61,392 nt of DNA, from assembly GCF_001194135.2 (NCBI RefSeq), contig NC_068990.1, forward strand, positions 78,169,896-78,231,287, given 5' to 3'. This document shows, one piece after another, positions 13,060 through 25,593 of the stretch. The notes under the pieces are model-generated. The model was not told where the DNA came from. It was given only the letters and a program-made list of their open reading frames with translations, and made no database searches. Each line of letters starts with the position of its first letter. Position 1 is the first letter of the stretch. The position numbers and the translations under genes are program-made. Source of the DNA: Octopus bimaculoides (taxonomy: Eukaryota).

Positions 13060-13190
13060 TGTCATCACGTGACTGATCATTATTTGAAGCGGCAACTTCT
13101 TCGAACCGTTCCCGCCAGAACGCAAACTGACCAATCACAGCCCTTAATAAGGTCACGTGATAGAGTATATTTCTGATGTCTGGTGAGCCG
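13060..13190. promoter_or_regulatory. CpG-containing, possibly bidirectional promoter
   Basis: Two E-boxes (TCACGTGAC 13065-13073, GTCACGTGAT 13152-13161), CCAAT at 13131, E2F-like TTCCCGCC at 13109, local CpG enrichment, + strand donor CTG|gtgagc at 13182/13183. Confidence 0.55.
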
Positions 13191-14059
13191 CACATTTTTA
13201 CTACTGTAAACTGCATGTTAACCCCAAAAACTGTCATTTACAGAACCTTACTTAGAGAATATACGACGACATCAAAAACAAAACGAACCCCACACACACC
13301 ATCGACATCAGTAAAGCTTTTTATTCCATCCCTCGTTATCCACTTATACTTAATATTCTCAATAACCTCCTTAAGAAACAATACCACAAAACAAGGAGTA
13401 GCTAACTCAGAATGAGCTGATTGACGCCAACGATTTGGCATGGTTGACTGGAGATTTAACATGTCTTAATGACAGTACGTTTTGGCATAGGAGGCAAACA
13501 CACACACACACANNNNNNNNNNNNNNNNNNNNNNNNNNNNNNNNNNNNNNNNNNNNNNNNNNNNNNNNNNNNNNNNNNNNNNNNNNNNNNNNNNNNNNNN
13601 NNNNNNNNNNNNNNNNNNNNNNNNNNNNNNNNNNNNNNNNNNNNNNNNNNNNNNNNNNNNNNNNNNNNNNNNNNNNNNNNNNNNNNNNNNNNNNNNNNNN
13701 NNNNNNNNNNNNNNNNNNNNNNNNNNNNNNNNNNNNNNNNNNNNNNNNNNNNNNNNNNNNNNNNNNNNNNNNNNNNNNNNNNNGGGGGGGGGACATGTAC
13801 CAAAACACTTAGAATTTACCGTTTACCAGATGCAGCACCATAACGGCCAGGGTTTTTTTTTGTTTTTTTTTGTATTCAGTCTTTTCACTCTGAACCTACA
13901 CGGCTTTCTCACACTACAACAATCCATATACAATCTTCTAATACAGAATAAATAGCATCACAATCAAATTCTCCCACCATTCATTAGAGATAACTGCACA
14001 ACTAATTTATCTCTTACATCAACCCTCTCAAAACATGGGTTCAAATATAAATTTTAAAA

Positions 14060-14350
14060 AAAAAGCACTCCGTCGGTTACGATGACGAGGGTTCCAGTTG
14101 ATTCGATCAAGGGGACAGCTTGCTCGTGAATTGAAGTGCAAGTGAATGACATGCGTACTCTTAACGTAGTTCTCAGGGAGATTAAGCGCAACACAGAATG
14201 TCTCAAGGCCGGTCTTTATTTTACCTGCTGAATAGACTGGAGCAACATAAAATAAAGTGACTTGTTTAAGAACACAATGCACCGCCAGGAATCGAACACA
14301 TCACTTTACTACCATGAGCAAATACCCTAACCACTAAGTCACGCGCCTTC
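14060..14350 (-). mobile_element. SINE family C-related copy
   Basis: Shares gcactccgtcgg...gagggttccagttgat...cttaacgtagttctc with the 30324 and 51115 copies; tRNA-like head near 14340. Confidence 0.75.
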
Positions 14351-15985
14351 ACTGGCTTCAAGGCAAACCTGAAATAGCAAGTACCTGCCAAATCTATCAT
14401 CTTGCTTCCTCCCTGCTACACTAGAAAACAATCAAATACAACCATCTGTCACACTCAAGAACATAACCAGAAACAAGGCAAAAATAATGAGTGACACAGA
14501 ACACCGATTATGTTTGTGCTGCTGCTGTGACATTTGTATCTCAAGGGGTTATTTCCCTTGCACTAATTTTTCGTTTTGCTTCTTTTTTTTCACGTGCGTA
14601 AGCTTCAGAATAAATGTAATTTTAACTAGCTCACCCCGTGCCGCACACACATTCACATACCTCCTTTCTACATACACATACACGCACACATACTGCGCAT
14701 ATACACGCACACACACATACACACACGAAATAACCCACGTGCGATCCACAGAGCAAACCGCACGCATATACACACACACGTACACATACACACACGCACA
14801 CAAAAATACAGGCACATACTGCTAGGAAATCAAACACACACATACACACACACACACATACACGCACACACACATACACGCACACACACATACACGCACG
14901 CACACATACTCAAAAACTGCCTGCCCACTTTCTACTGACCATTGTCCACAACCACTCCCGAACTATTCCTGCTACTAATTCCTTCCACTACGTCACACGA
15001 CACACACACAAATGAATGACATCGATTCATAGTTAAAATAATTTATTCACTGGACTTAATTCGTCGTTGGTACGATCTAGCGGTTCGACAAAAGAGCCGA
15101 TAGAATANNNNNNNNNNNNNNNNNNNNNNNNNNNNNNNNNNNNNNNNNNNNNNNNNNNNNNNNNNNNNNNNNNNNNNNNNNNNNNNNNNNNNNNNNNNNN
15201 NNNNNNNNNNNNNNNNNNNNNNNNNNNNNNNNNNNNNNNNNNNNNNNNNNNNNNNNNNNNNNNNNNNNNNNNNNNNNNNNNNNNNNNNNNNNNNNNNNNN
15301 NNNNNNNNNNNNNNNNNNNNNNNNNNNNNNNNNNNNNNNNNNNNNNNNNNNNNNNNNNNNNNNNNNNNNNNNNNNNNNNNNNNNNNNNNNNNNNNNNNNN
15401 NNNNNNNNNNNNNNNNNNNNNNNNNNNNNNNNNNNNNNNNNNNNNNNNNNNNNNNNNNNNNNNNNNNNNNNNNNNNNNNNNNNNNNNNNNNNNNNNNNNN
15501 NNNNNNNNNNNNNNNNNNNNNNNNNNNNNNNNNNNNNNNNNNNNNNNNNNNNNNNNNNNNNNNNNNNNNNNNNNNNNNNNNNNNNNNNNNNNNNNNNNNN
15601 NNNNNNNNNNNNNNNNNNNNNNNNNNNNNNNNNNNNNNNNNNNNNNNNNNNNNNNNNNNNNNNNNNNNNNNNNNNNNNNNNNNNNNNNNNNNNNNNNNNN
15701 NNNNNNNNNNNNNNNNNNNNNNNNNNNNNNNNNNNNNNNNNNNNNNNNNNNNNNNNNNNNNNNNNNNNNNNNNNNNNNNNNNNNNNNNNNNNNNNNNNNN
15801 NNNNNNNNNNNNNNNNNNNNNNNNNNNNNNNNNNNNNNNNNNNNNNNNNNNNNNNNNNNNNNNNNNNNNNNNNNNNNNNNNNNNNNNNNNNNNNNNNNNN
15901 NNNNNNNNNNNNNNNNNNNNNNNNNNNNNNNNNNNNNNNNNNNNNNNNNNNNNNNNNNNNNNNNNNNNNNNNNNNNNNNNNNNNN

Positions 15986-16175
15986 GAGGGGGTTCATTTT
16001 ATCGATCGGCATTGCCGAACCACTAAGTTTAAGGGGTGGCATTTTATTGATATCCATTGCCGAACCGCTAAGTCATGGGGCTAATTTTTATCGATCTCCA
16101 TTGCCGAACCGCTAAGTTACTTGGGGGTGGGTCATTTTATCGATATACATTGCTGAACCGCAAAGTTACAGTGAG
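15986..16175. repeat. About 45-bp minisatellite derived from a SINE family A segment
   Basis: Four degenerate units gggg...ttttatcgat...cattgccgaaccgctaagt, matching the SINE A segment tattctatcggtc...ttttgccgaaccgctaagttacgggg; the array runs out of the gap at 15108-15985. Confidence 0.75.
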
Positions 16176-16769
16176 GTGGGCCAAGATGCCACGGAGTGGG
16201 AGTGAACCTGAAACCACGTAGTTGGGAAGCAAACTTCTTACCACATAACAATGCCTGCACCTCTGTTTATATTTTGCTGGTATGCAATATTGCATTTTGC
16301 ACAAATGCATCCTACTCTCTGCCCTTAAAAGGATAATCCCTTTACTATTTCAGCAGAGATAATAGCTCCTTGAATGATGTCCACCCACTTCTTACTCGAG
16401 CTGCTATGCTTTTGGAACACCTACTCCTAACTCTTCAACAGGTTTAGCTAGTGTTCTCAGCAACTACAGACTACAGTTTTGCTAACCTGAGTGGCATGTT
16501 ATCTAAGCTAATTCTCTTACTAATTGTACTCTTAATTAATTAATCTTTCTATTATATTCTTTACTCGCTCCATCAATTTCATGCATCCACAGTCACTTCA
16601 TAGAGCATCCATTTTGTCTTGAAATGTAACAATTGATAATGTACAAAATCGCAGAATTAGCTCCCTTCGTAGGAAAATCAGTGAGTAAGCTCCCTTGATT
16701 GCAACTGATTATCGCGTGTGTATTTGGAAGCTTCTAGAATTTGAGCTACTGGAATGTTCTAGAAAACTC

Positions 16770-17430
16770 CTCGGTCTTTCGTCATTGCCTCTGTGAGGCC
16801 CAACGTTCGAAGGTCATGCTTCACCAGCTCATCCCATGTCTTCCTGGGTCTTCCTCTACCATGGGTTCTTTCCACTGTTAGGGAGTGATACTTCATACAG
16901 CTCTCCTCATCCATACACAGCACATGACCATACCAGCGCTGTCATCTCTCTTGCACACCACATCTGATGCTTCTTATGTCCAACATTTCTCTCAGGGCGC
17001 TTGCACTCTGTAGTGTGTGCACACTGACATTACAAATCCAGTGGATCATACTAACTTCGTTTCTTTCAAGCCTACGCATGTCTTCAGCAGTCATGGCCCA
17101 TGTTTCACTGCAGTGAAGCATGGCAGTTCTCACACATGCATCATACAATCTACCTTTCACTCTGGGCGAGAGGCCCTGTAGAGGTAGGAGCTTTCTGAAC
17201 TTTGCCCAGGCTATTCTTATTCTAGTGGCAATGCTCTCTGAGCATCCACCCCCACTACAGGGTTGGTCACCTAGGTAGCAGAAGCTATCAACTATTTCTA
17301 GTTTCTTCCCCTAGCATGTGATCGAATCAGTTTTCTGAGCATCTGCAGTATTTATTGCCCTTGTGCATCTGCACACAAAAGCTATCTTTTTGATTAACCT
17401 TCTTTTGATGTTGCTGCACCTCTTATGTAC
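16770..17430 (-). mobile_element. RTE-clade LINE fragment
   Basis: Translation GRLYDACVRTAMLHCSETWAMTAEDMRRLERNE...; includes part of the Cys/His module (WVHKRCSNIK...FVCRC). Confidence 0.9.
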
Positions 17431-18860
17431 CCATAGCTTATATTGGTTATATCTTATGGAGTTATATATATATGATTGAAAAAATTGGAGTCAACAAGAA
17501 TATACCGTAACTATATATATGTGTGTGTGTGCATTTGTGTGTGTCTGTGTTTGTTCACCATCACATGACAATCGATGCTGGTGTGTTTATGTTCCAGTAA
17601 CTTAGCATTTCGGCTTTTTACATGCCACCGGAATGGCAGCCAGTGATAGGGCACTTGCTACAGCTACGATTTTGGTTTTACTTGACTCAACAGGTCTTCT
17701 CAAACATACCAACCATATCACCCAACGTATCAAGGGTACTCTTAAATAAGCCGGACATGCAAAACTGGCATCGGCCATGTCTGCGATCTCACTTTAGTTG
17801 TCGAATCTTCTCAGTTACAGTAAATCTCCAGAGGTCTCGGCCTCCAGTCATTGCCTCTGTGACGCCCAGCAGCATGAATAACAGATAATCAACAACTATT
17901 GAAATGGTTGCAAGAAGCAACGAAAATTTTAGAAAAATAAATAAATGAGTGGAAATATTACCGGTGTGCTAAATTCTAAGGCACTACAAGGGAATGACTC
18001 TCCCTAGACACAACAGAATATGCTTCAACACACAAACTCACATAAAGAATCTTGCAAACCAAATCCCAAAACGAAATAATGTTTAAATGTTTTGCACAGT
18101 TACCTCCCTTTAGCTATATTTCACAAAAAATGAAAATTTTTTCAATTAGAAAATTATCTTATTAGTATTCATAACATAACAGATTCCTCTCCGTACATAT
18201 TTATTTTTATTGTCCCCCGCCCTTAGTATTTAAGGCCACTTAGACAATTTCTTCTTAAATTTGTTTTGTATTTTATTGATTAGCTTTTAACGGACCCGAT
18301 AGAACGCTGTTGTTTTTAAATATTAGCTGACCAATTACGTTGTAGGATTGACAAGGTCTTACCCCACTTAGCATTGGGATATTATGATGACATCACACTT
18401 AATTTCTACCCAAATTATTTCTGTATTGATATAATTTTGTAAAGATTTCCCAACTCATTTTACCTTAACTAAATTTTATTACTATTCTCTTGCATAGTTT
18501 TTAGTTTCTAACTAATGACCCCTGTTATAAGGATCAGCCCATTAATCCCACCCTAAAACGTTTATTTTTATTATCTCCTCCATCAAATTGAAATAAGATG
18601 TGATCTCACATCTTCTGGATATAACCTTGGACTTTACTTTTTTACTTCTTACCATTATGGACTCTCTGATGAAGATTTCAAGTTCAATTTTTGCATAACT
18701 TTTGTATGATGTGTCAACTTCGGCAGGCTCGAACCCCAAAGAAGAAACAGCTGTAAGAATAGAGTTGTATTCATCTATTTATTCATCTCTATGATTGTAA
18801 TTAATAAATAGATCTTGCTAATTTTGTCAATTGAATATCTTCATTTTCTTCCTTGCCTTG

Positions 18861-18905
<45 letters not shown>

Positions 18906-19379
18906 TCATCATCATCATCTTTTAACGTCTGCTTTCCTTGCTCGCATGGGTTGGACGGTTTGACTGAGGACTGGCGAGCCAGATGGCTGCACCAGGCTCC
19001 AATCTGATCTGGCAGAGTTTCTACATCTGGATGCCATTCCTAACGCCAACCACTCCGAGAGTGGTTTTGTATTTGTATATAAATACATAGTCAAACTAAT
19101 ATATACATAGTGAAAGTAATTGAAATTGAAATCATATAATACTGAAAGTATTATATCACATTACGATAGAGATGTTATTGCTTCACTTTTGACATGTAAT
19201 ACCAAAACAGTGTAAGAGATAAGAAATTGCTCCATGCTCACATTAGGCAAGAAGTTGAAAATGTTTTTGGCCCATGACACTCCATGGACCTTAAGTAAAG
19301 CATGTGTAAAATTTGAATGAAATCTTTTGGGTAGTTCTCGTGTGTTAGTGATGCAGACAGACACTTTCTCACTTATATA

Positions 19380-19685
19380 TCATCATCATCATCATCATCA
19401 TCGTTTAACGTCCGCTTTCCATGCTAGCATGGGTTGGACGATTTGACTGAGGACTGGTGAAACCAGATGGCAACACCAGGCTCCAATCTAATTTGGCAGA
19501 GTTTCTACAGCTGGATGCCCTTCCTAACGCCAACCACTCAGAGAGTGTAGTGGGTGTTTTTACGTGTCACCCGCACGAAGGCCTGTCAGGCGGTACTGGC
19601 AACGGCCACGCTCGAAATGGTGTCTTTTATGTGCCACCTGCACAAGAGCCAGTCCAGGGGCACTGGCAACGATCTCGCTCGAAAT
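19380..19685 (-). mobile_element. 5'-truncated RTE LINE (3' UTR and (CAT)n tail)
   Basis: (cat)n-cgtttaacgtccgctttccatgctagcatgggttggacg...; similar copies at 18903-19055 and 33025-33390. Confidence 0.85.
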
Positions 19686-20409
19686 ATATCATGTTGACTT
19701 TCTGTGCCACATTTTATGGTTATTAGTCATACACCCTTCTTCTGTTCCCTCTCACTGTCACCCCACACAATGTTCAATATTTGGTGCGAGATTTTCTCTC
19801 TTTTCTATCCATCTCTTTATCCTTCTCCTCTTGTGCACAAAACCTTCCCCTTCTATTTCTATCTTCCTTCCTACCTATCTGCTGCCTTTCTCTTTACTAC
19901 CTTCCATTTTTTTCCTCTGTCCATCTCTGTCAACTACCTACTGTCTATCTTTATTCCCTTTTTTCTCCACACTCCCTCTTTCTTTCTACTTGCTCTTCCC
20001 CAACCCTCTCTACTCCACTCTGTCTCTCTTTCTTCACTTTTTTATTACTCATCTTTTTTCGACTTGACCAGGGCCTAAGTAAGACATATTTTCTTTCATC
20101 ACCTGCTCAGTATTCACTTCAGACCCGGAGTTTATCTTTTCTCTTTCTTTTTCCTTCTATCTTTTTTCCTTTTTATCCCATTTTCCAATCCTTCTCCTGA
20201 GCCCTCTTATTGTACCTTTGGAACACAAGCACCACTATTTTCTTTCTTTTTTGTTCGTTTTCGTCATGTAGTGTACCGCATTTCGAAATACTTGCAATTT
20301 GTATTTTTACTGCTTATGTTTGCTTCACTTGATAAATTTCTGAAATTAAACATTTTAATATACAAAATATACTTCACATTATTACATATAGTATATATTC
20401 ATGCAAAAA

Positions 20410-20880
20410 ATATTCTGTTTATTTACTATCTTCAAAATGGTCACACCATCAATGGAAAGTCCAATGCAAATTTGCTAAAGCAGTTAGAAAAAGCTATCAA
20501 GACCAAGTGTCTAGAAAAACTGATGAATGGAGGTCTTAGGACATTGCTTCAGCACACAAGTCCTTGGTTTCAATGGCTGCTATGTATGACTAGCTTTGAA
20601 CTGTTTGTTCAGCCTCCCTATTTTAGTGATTTGGTTCCATCTGATTATTAAGTTTGCATTTCCTAACATGAAAAACACTCGGTTGGACACCACTAATGCT
20701 GTGATGATGATTTCATCTACTGCTGATGACTATTTTGACCAACAGGATAGCTTCTTCACCAGTGCAATCCAAACACTGATGGAAGTATGATGGAAGGGGG
20801 AACTATGTACAAAAAATGAAGTTCATTTGGTCACATTCCATGAGAGTGTCTTGCACAGCCTATGAACATTTCAGCAAACC
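20410..20880 (+). mobile_element. Mariner transposase 3' fragment
   Basis: YYLQNGHTING...LKQLEKAIKTK...QPPYFSDLVPSDY, a degenerate HPPYSPDLAPSDY motif; related to the 57.6-58.8 kb element. Confidence 0.8.
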
Positions 20881-20899
20881 ATCATGATAATAAAAATTA

Positions 20900-21530
20900 T
20901 TATTGCACCTGGATTTGGACCTGGATTTGCACCCCCTGAGCAAATTTTGTTCCTGGGCCACTGCTGAAATAGCTGCTCTCCCATCCACCATAGAATTGGA
21001 AACATTGTTTGACTGTACTCAACAAGCAATAACAAAATTTAATGTTGACATGAATACCCCAGGTAACAGTCATATCATTGTAGTGAAATGTCAAAATTGT
21101 GGGAGTACACGCAAAGCTCATGCATGTCCAGCATATGGGAAAAATTGTAATTAGTGTGAAAAATTAGGGCATTTTGCAAGATATTGCTGATCAGGAAATG
21201 ATCGCAGTGTGCACAACATAAATCTCTGAGCGAGACTGGATGTCAACAGTTTGTTGCTAAACATGAACAACAATGAGAGTACAGATAACACAGGTTTTTG
21301 TAAGTGTTTTATGAATAACAAAAACATAGATAATATAAAAGTGGATACTGGGACAGCTTGTTTGATAGTTCCATAATCATTTTACTTCACAGTTTGGTAT
21401 CCCAATCGAATCATACCACAATAGATTACCCACTTTTGATGGTTCAAACCTAAAGGTTGTTGGATCTAACCCAGTGACATTTGTGGCAGACTCTACTGAA
21501 GAGAAAGGGAAATAAACAAGAGGTGTGTTC
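20900..21530 (+). mobile_element. Gypsy-type LTR retrotransposon gag/protease remnant
   Basis: Tandem zinc knuckles KCQNCGSTRKAHACPAYGKNCN*CEKLGHFARYC followed by aspartic protease motif IKVDTG near 21335. Confidence 0.75.
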
Positions 21531-22264
21531 CCTCCAAGGCTAGCAGGATAGTAATTAATTCTAGGTAGAATTCTAACTGTCTATGATTTTGTCTCTTATC
21601 TAGTAGTTCAAAGTATAAGGGGGCAATCACTTCCAAGGAAAGGGAAGGTGTAAGCATTATACATGGATATGGTTATAAAGGTTTCTCTGTTCATAGTGAC
21701 AACATTATTTTAGGTTGGGTTTTTTTACTACTATCTTAATGTTGGAGAATTAAACATTAAGCATCTAGGTCAACAGGGCTTTTTCTTTAGTCTGAATAAA
21801 GCATCAGTACTGTTTTACATATACTAAGTATCGAAAACTTATAGATATCAATATTAGCTTAATTAATATGTTAATAATAAAATGTAATTAGTTCATACAA
21901 AAAACCTGAAGTAGTGTCAATTTTGAATTCAAAAGCTATAGATAAGGTGTGAAGTTTAAGAATATTATATATGTTGGGCTCAGGAAACTATTTTGAATTA
22001 TTTTTTAAATTATTTTAAAATTTAAAATTTAAGCTAATATATTTAATATTATTTGAATGACACATAAGAGATAAAATTTATTTTTATAATGTAAGAATTA
22101 ATATAGGATTTATATAGTTTATAATAATGGGTTTATCAAGGTTTAAGGAACTAAAAAAAAGAATGGTAGGAATTAACAAAGAATTTAATAAAAATCCAAG
22201 ATATCCAATAGAGAACATGATAATTGTGTACTAGTTTAATTATAATTTTATGTATTCTTCTTCC

Positions 22265-22843
22265 CACTTGCTATTTGCATTTCCTTGGAGGTGGCTCCAT
22301 CGGCCACTACTGCCTGATGTCTATCCTTTAGAAAGTGGTGGAGCCATTCTCCAAGTTTTCCGCATATGCTGAGATCGCACAGTTTGTGACATATCGTACC
22401 ATGGTCAACTTTATCAAAAGCTTTGGCAAAGTCGAGATATATCACATCCATGCTTGAGTTATTCAGCAGCTGTTTTAACACCTAGTCGTAGTGTTGCAGA
22501 AGCTGTGTCAGACAGCTTCTACCTGGACGAAATCATTTTCTTCTGGGAACGTGATTAGTTTCTTGCGGACTAGTTGTTCCATGATTTTACCGATATGTGA
22601 TGTCAGAGAGATAGGCCTATAATTTTTAGCATCTGCTCTGCTTCCTCCTTTTTGGATAGGGCATATTATTCCTTTTTTCAGTTTGTCTGGGAGCTTACCA
22701 CTTGCAAGGAAGCTCTGGAAGAGAAGCTGCAGTGGTTTCGTAAGGGCTTGCTTGCATGATTTGAGTAGGACTGCTGGAAATCCATCCAGGCCAGCCACTG
22801 AGGGAATGGACAGAGAGAAGAAACTGTGAGACAAGGAGATCTA
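22265..22843 (-). mobile_element. CR1/L2-group LINE reverse transcriptase fragment
   Basis: KGGSRADAKNYRPISLTSHIGKIME and DVIYLDFAKAFDKVDH RT motifs. Confidence 0.9.
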
Positions 22844-23273
22844 NNNNNNNNNNNNNNNNNNNNNNNNNNNNNNNNNNNNNNNNNNNNNNNNNNNNNNNNN
22901 NNNNNNNNNNNNNNNNNNNNNNNNNNNNNNNNNNNNNNNNNNNNNNNNNNNNNNNNNNNNNNNNNNNNNNNNNNNNNNNNNNNNNNNNNNNNNNNNNNNN
23001 NNNNNNNNNNNNNNNNNNNNNNNNNNNNNNNNNNNNNNNNNNNNNNNNNNNNNNNNNNNNNNNNNNNNNNNNNNNNNNNNNNNNNNNNNNNNNNNNNNNN
23101 NNNNNNNNNNNNNNNNNNNNNNNNNNNNNNNNNNNNNNNNNNNNNNNNNNNNNNNNNNNNNNNNNNNNNNNNNNNNNNNNNNNNNNNNNNNNNNNNNNNN
23201 NNNNNNNNNNNNNNNNNNNNNNNNNNNNNNNNNNNNNNNNNNNNNNNNNNNNNNNNNNNNNNNNNNNNNNNNN

Positions 23274-23520
23274 CGCGAACGGGCGTGGTGGTGGGGAGAG
23301 GGCTCGAAACATTCACATCGTGAATGTTCCGAGCCCTCTCCCCCGCTTTCGCGAGCGCGCGTTTTTCTTCATATTCGTTCAGAGCAGATTGTTTTACATT
23401 TATTACACTATTTTTCTTTTGTTTCTTGGCTCCGGTGAGGCGTCTGGTTACATGCAGGATGTGAATGTTTTGTTTTTTTCGTTTTTGAGCTCGGGTCAAA
23501 CGCTTTAGTTTGACCCGAAT
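23274..23520. other. GC/CpG-rich segment with two stem-loops, possibly a Helentron-like non-autonomous element end
   Basis: 24-bp stem with one mismatch and a 3-nt loop at 23293-23343; perfect 11-bp stem TCGGGTCAAAC/GTTTGACCCGA at 23491-23518. Confidence 0.5.
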
Positions 23521-25593
23521 ATCTACATCGTTCTTGGAGTCATATCACAGTAATGGAAAACCTGGAATTGTGCTCAACACCTACTGTAGATTGGAGGTCG
23601 TTCTCTTGTGAAGTAACAGAAAAATGGCTTCACAAACAGGAACCAATGGGCGACGAATTAATTGAGGTAGAAATTGATGAAACCTTAATTGAGTAAATCT
23701 TCAAGTTTAGGGGGATAAAAAAATAAATAAAAATATTCAAGGGAAGTAACTGAACGTCTTACCAGTATTCTCCGTACTACTCTGTTTATAAATAAATCAC
23801 ACACGTGATTGAATATCATAGTTTCTTATGAGAAATCGAAAATGCCTCGTGGAAGACCGGCTGCACAACATGTTATTGTTGCTGAAAACGAAATCCTCAA
23901 TCTCATCTTATCTATATGAATTTATATGGCGGAATTCAACCGCAAAAGAAAAATCATTTGTTTATTTTTTGGCTGCCATTTCTGAAGTGTATAATGTTGA
24001 GTAGGTGAATTTCTAGAACTGCATGGTGATCCTCACTCGGCGAGGTCGTGTTCATTGAAAATAGATATATTTTAATGAAATTTTCTACAGTGCAATATAT
24101 TCAAACATCTGGAGCATAACTGTAGAAAATTTCATTAATAAATATCTATTTTTAATGAACACGATCTCATTGAGATCAGCATGCAGTCCTAGAAATTTAT
24201 CTGTTGAATTTCATTATCATTTCCATCGACAAAGTTCTCTCCATGCACAATTGTTTCTTTTCTGCCTGTTGTTTTTGACTCCGTTCCGTCGGGTACTTCT
24301 GCAAACCATTTCGTTTCCGTTTTGTAAAAAGAAAAAAACATTTTAAACTTTTATAAGAAAAAATTCCGTCGCATGCTGTTTTAGAAAAAAGAAAAAAAGC
24401 ACTTGTGTGATTTATTTATAAACAGCTAAAAGAAAACTGATAATAATGGTGAGTCGTTCAGTTATTTCTCTTGAATATTTTTATTTACTTTTTTTACTCC
24501 CCTAAACTTGAAGATTACCCTTAATTGTCCGCCGGAAATACGGGAGGGGTCGAATCCGGAGCCAAGTTTGGTTGTTTGGTGGAATAGAACGAACCAGTAA
24601 GCGTCGTGTTGTTGTGCCACTTATTAACAAGAAGCGTGACAAAGCAACACCGGTTCCTCTGATCCAGACATATATCAAACCTGGCTCAGTTATTTATAGT
24701 GATTCTTGGGCTGCCTACAAGAATTTAAGCAGTTTGGTTATCACCATTATGTGATAAACCATTCTGAAAATTTCATTAATGAAACACACACAAAACATTG
24801 AACGTTTGTGGAGGGACATCAAAGAGTGGATTAGAAGGCCAGGTATTTGCATCAGTACCTGGCCAGATATTTATTCATTTCCTCGGAGAAAAATAAAATT
24901 TACTTACTCCACAAATGTTTTCGAGAGACAGCCCAATTATATGTACCACTCTCAGACCAGCCACGTCCTTCGACCACTTAAGCACAATTCCAGGGACCCG
25001 GTTCTAACCCTAAATTCGGTTACAGTAGTATGGTGTAATTGTAAATAAATACCAAAAATCTTGTCATTTTAGTGGGTGTATCCAATAGCTTTTCCGTCAT
25101 CCTCAAAAACTTCATGGATACGAAAAAATAAAACCCACGTATACGACAGATATGTAAAACATATTTCTGTGTACTTTTCTCTTTGTTCTGATAAGGTGTA
25201 GAAATTGTTGGGCGCGCACACAGACACAAAAGTTCTCCAGACATTTAGCCGTTATTTTTAGTATATCGACATTTTCAGTTTCCGATAGCGAGAGGTATGT
25301 GAATCAATTTTGGAGTTTTGTGTAGCAAATTTGAAATGAAGAAAATTTTTTCCGTATTTTAATCTCCGAGGTTTTGCACGTAGATTGAAAAAAAAATTCG
25401 GAAAAAGTTAAAAATTTTAAATTTTGAAAACGTCCAGTGGGAAATATGCAACAATAACATCATCTTTAATTTACGAGATAAAATAATTAGTTGAGTGTAA
25501 TCACCATTCAGAACTGCATCGATACACTAAATTTGAAAACAATCTGAGCGAAATAAGAGGGGACTAATTTTGTGACTGAAACAGACTGGATCC
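23520..25593 (+). mobile_element. Merlin (IS1016/IS1595-like) DNA transposon, decayed and interrupted
   Basis: TVDW...IEVEIDETLI [insertion] VRRKYGRGR...WLFGGIERT...PGSVIYSDSWAAY...HTQNIERLWRDIK; possible right end ...gactggatCC at 25593. Confidence 0.85.
23691..24520. mobile_element. 830-bp non-autonomous TIR element inserted in the Merlin ORF
   Basis: TIRs GAGTAAATCTTCAAGTTTAGGGG and CCCCTAAACTTGAAGATTACCC; direct repeat TTAATT at 23685-23690 and 24521-24526; internal palindrome at about 24053-24160. Confidence 0.85.

Noticed and set aside
12971-13462. Two adjacent in-frame minus-strand ORFs (74 + 88 aa) separated by one stop
   Set aside because: No recognisable motif; they overlap the promoter-like island, where higher GC lowers stop frequency.
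16354-16441. Possible + strand exon RDNSSLNDVHPLLTRAAMLLEHLLLTLQQ
   Set aside because: Weak donor (gtttag), no compatible neighbouring exon, and no recognisable family.
21560-22240. Very AT-rich stretch resembling a mitochondrial insertion (NUMT)
   Set aside because: I could not recover any convincing COX, ND, CYTB or rRNA motif. A weak SKAIDKV motif suggests a heavily decayed LINE RT instead. BLASTn against cephalopod mitogenomes would settle it.
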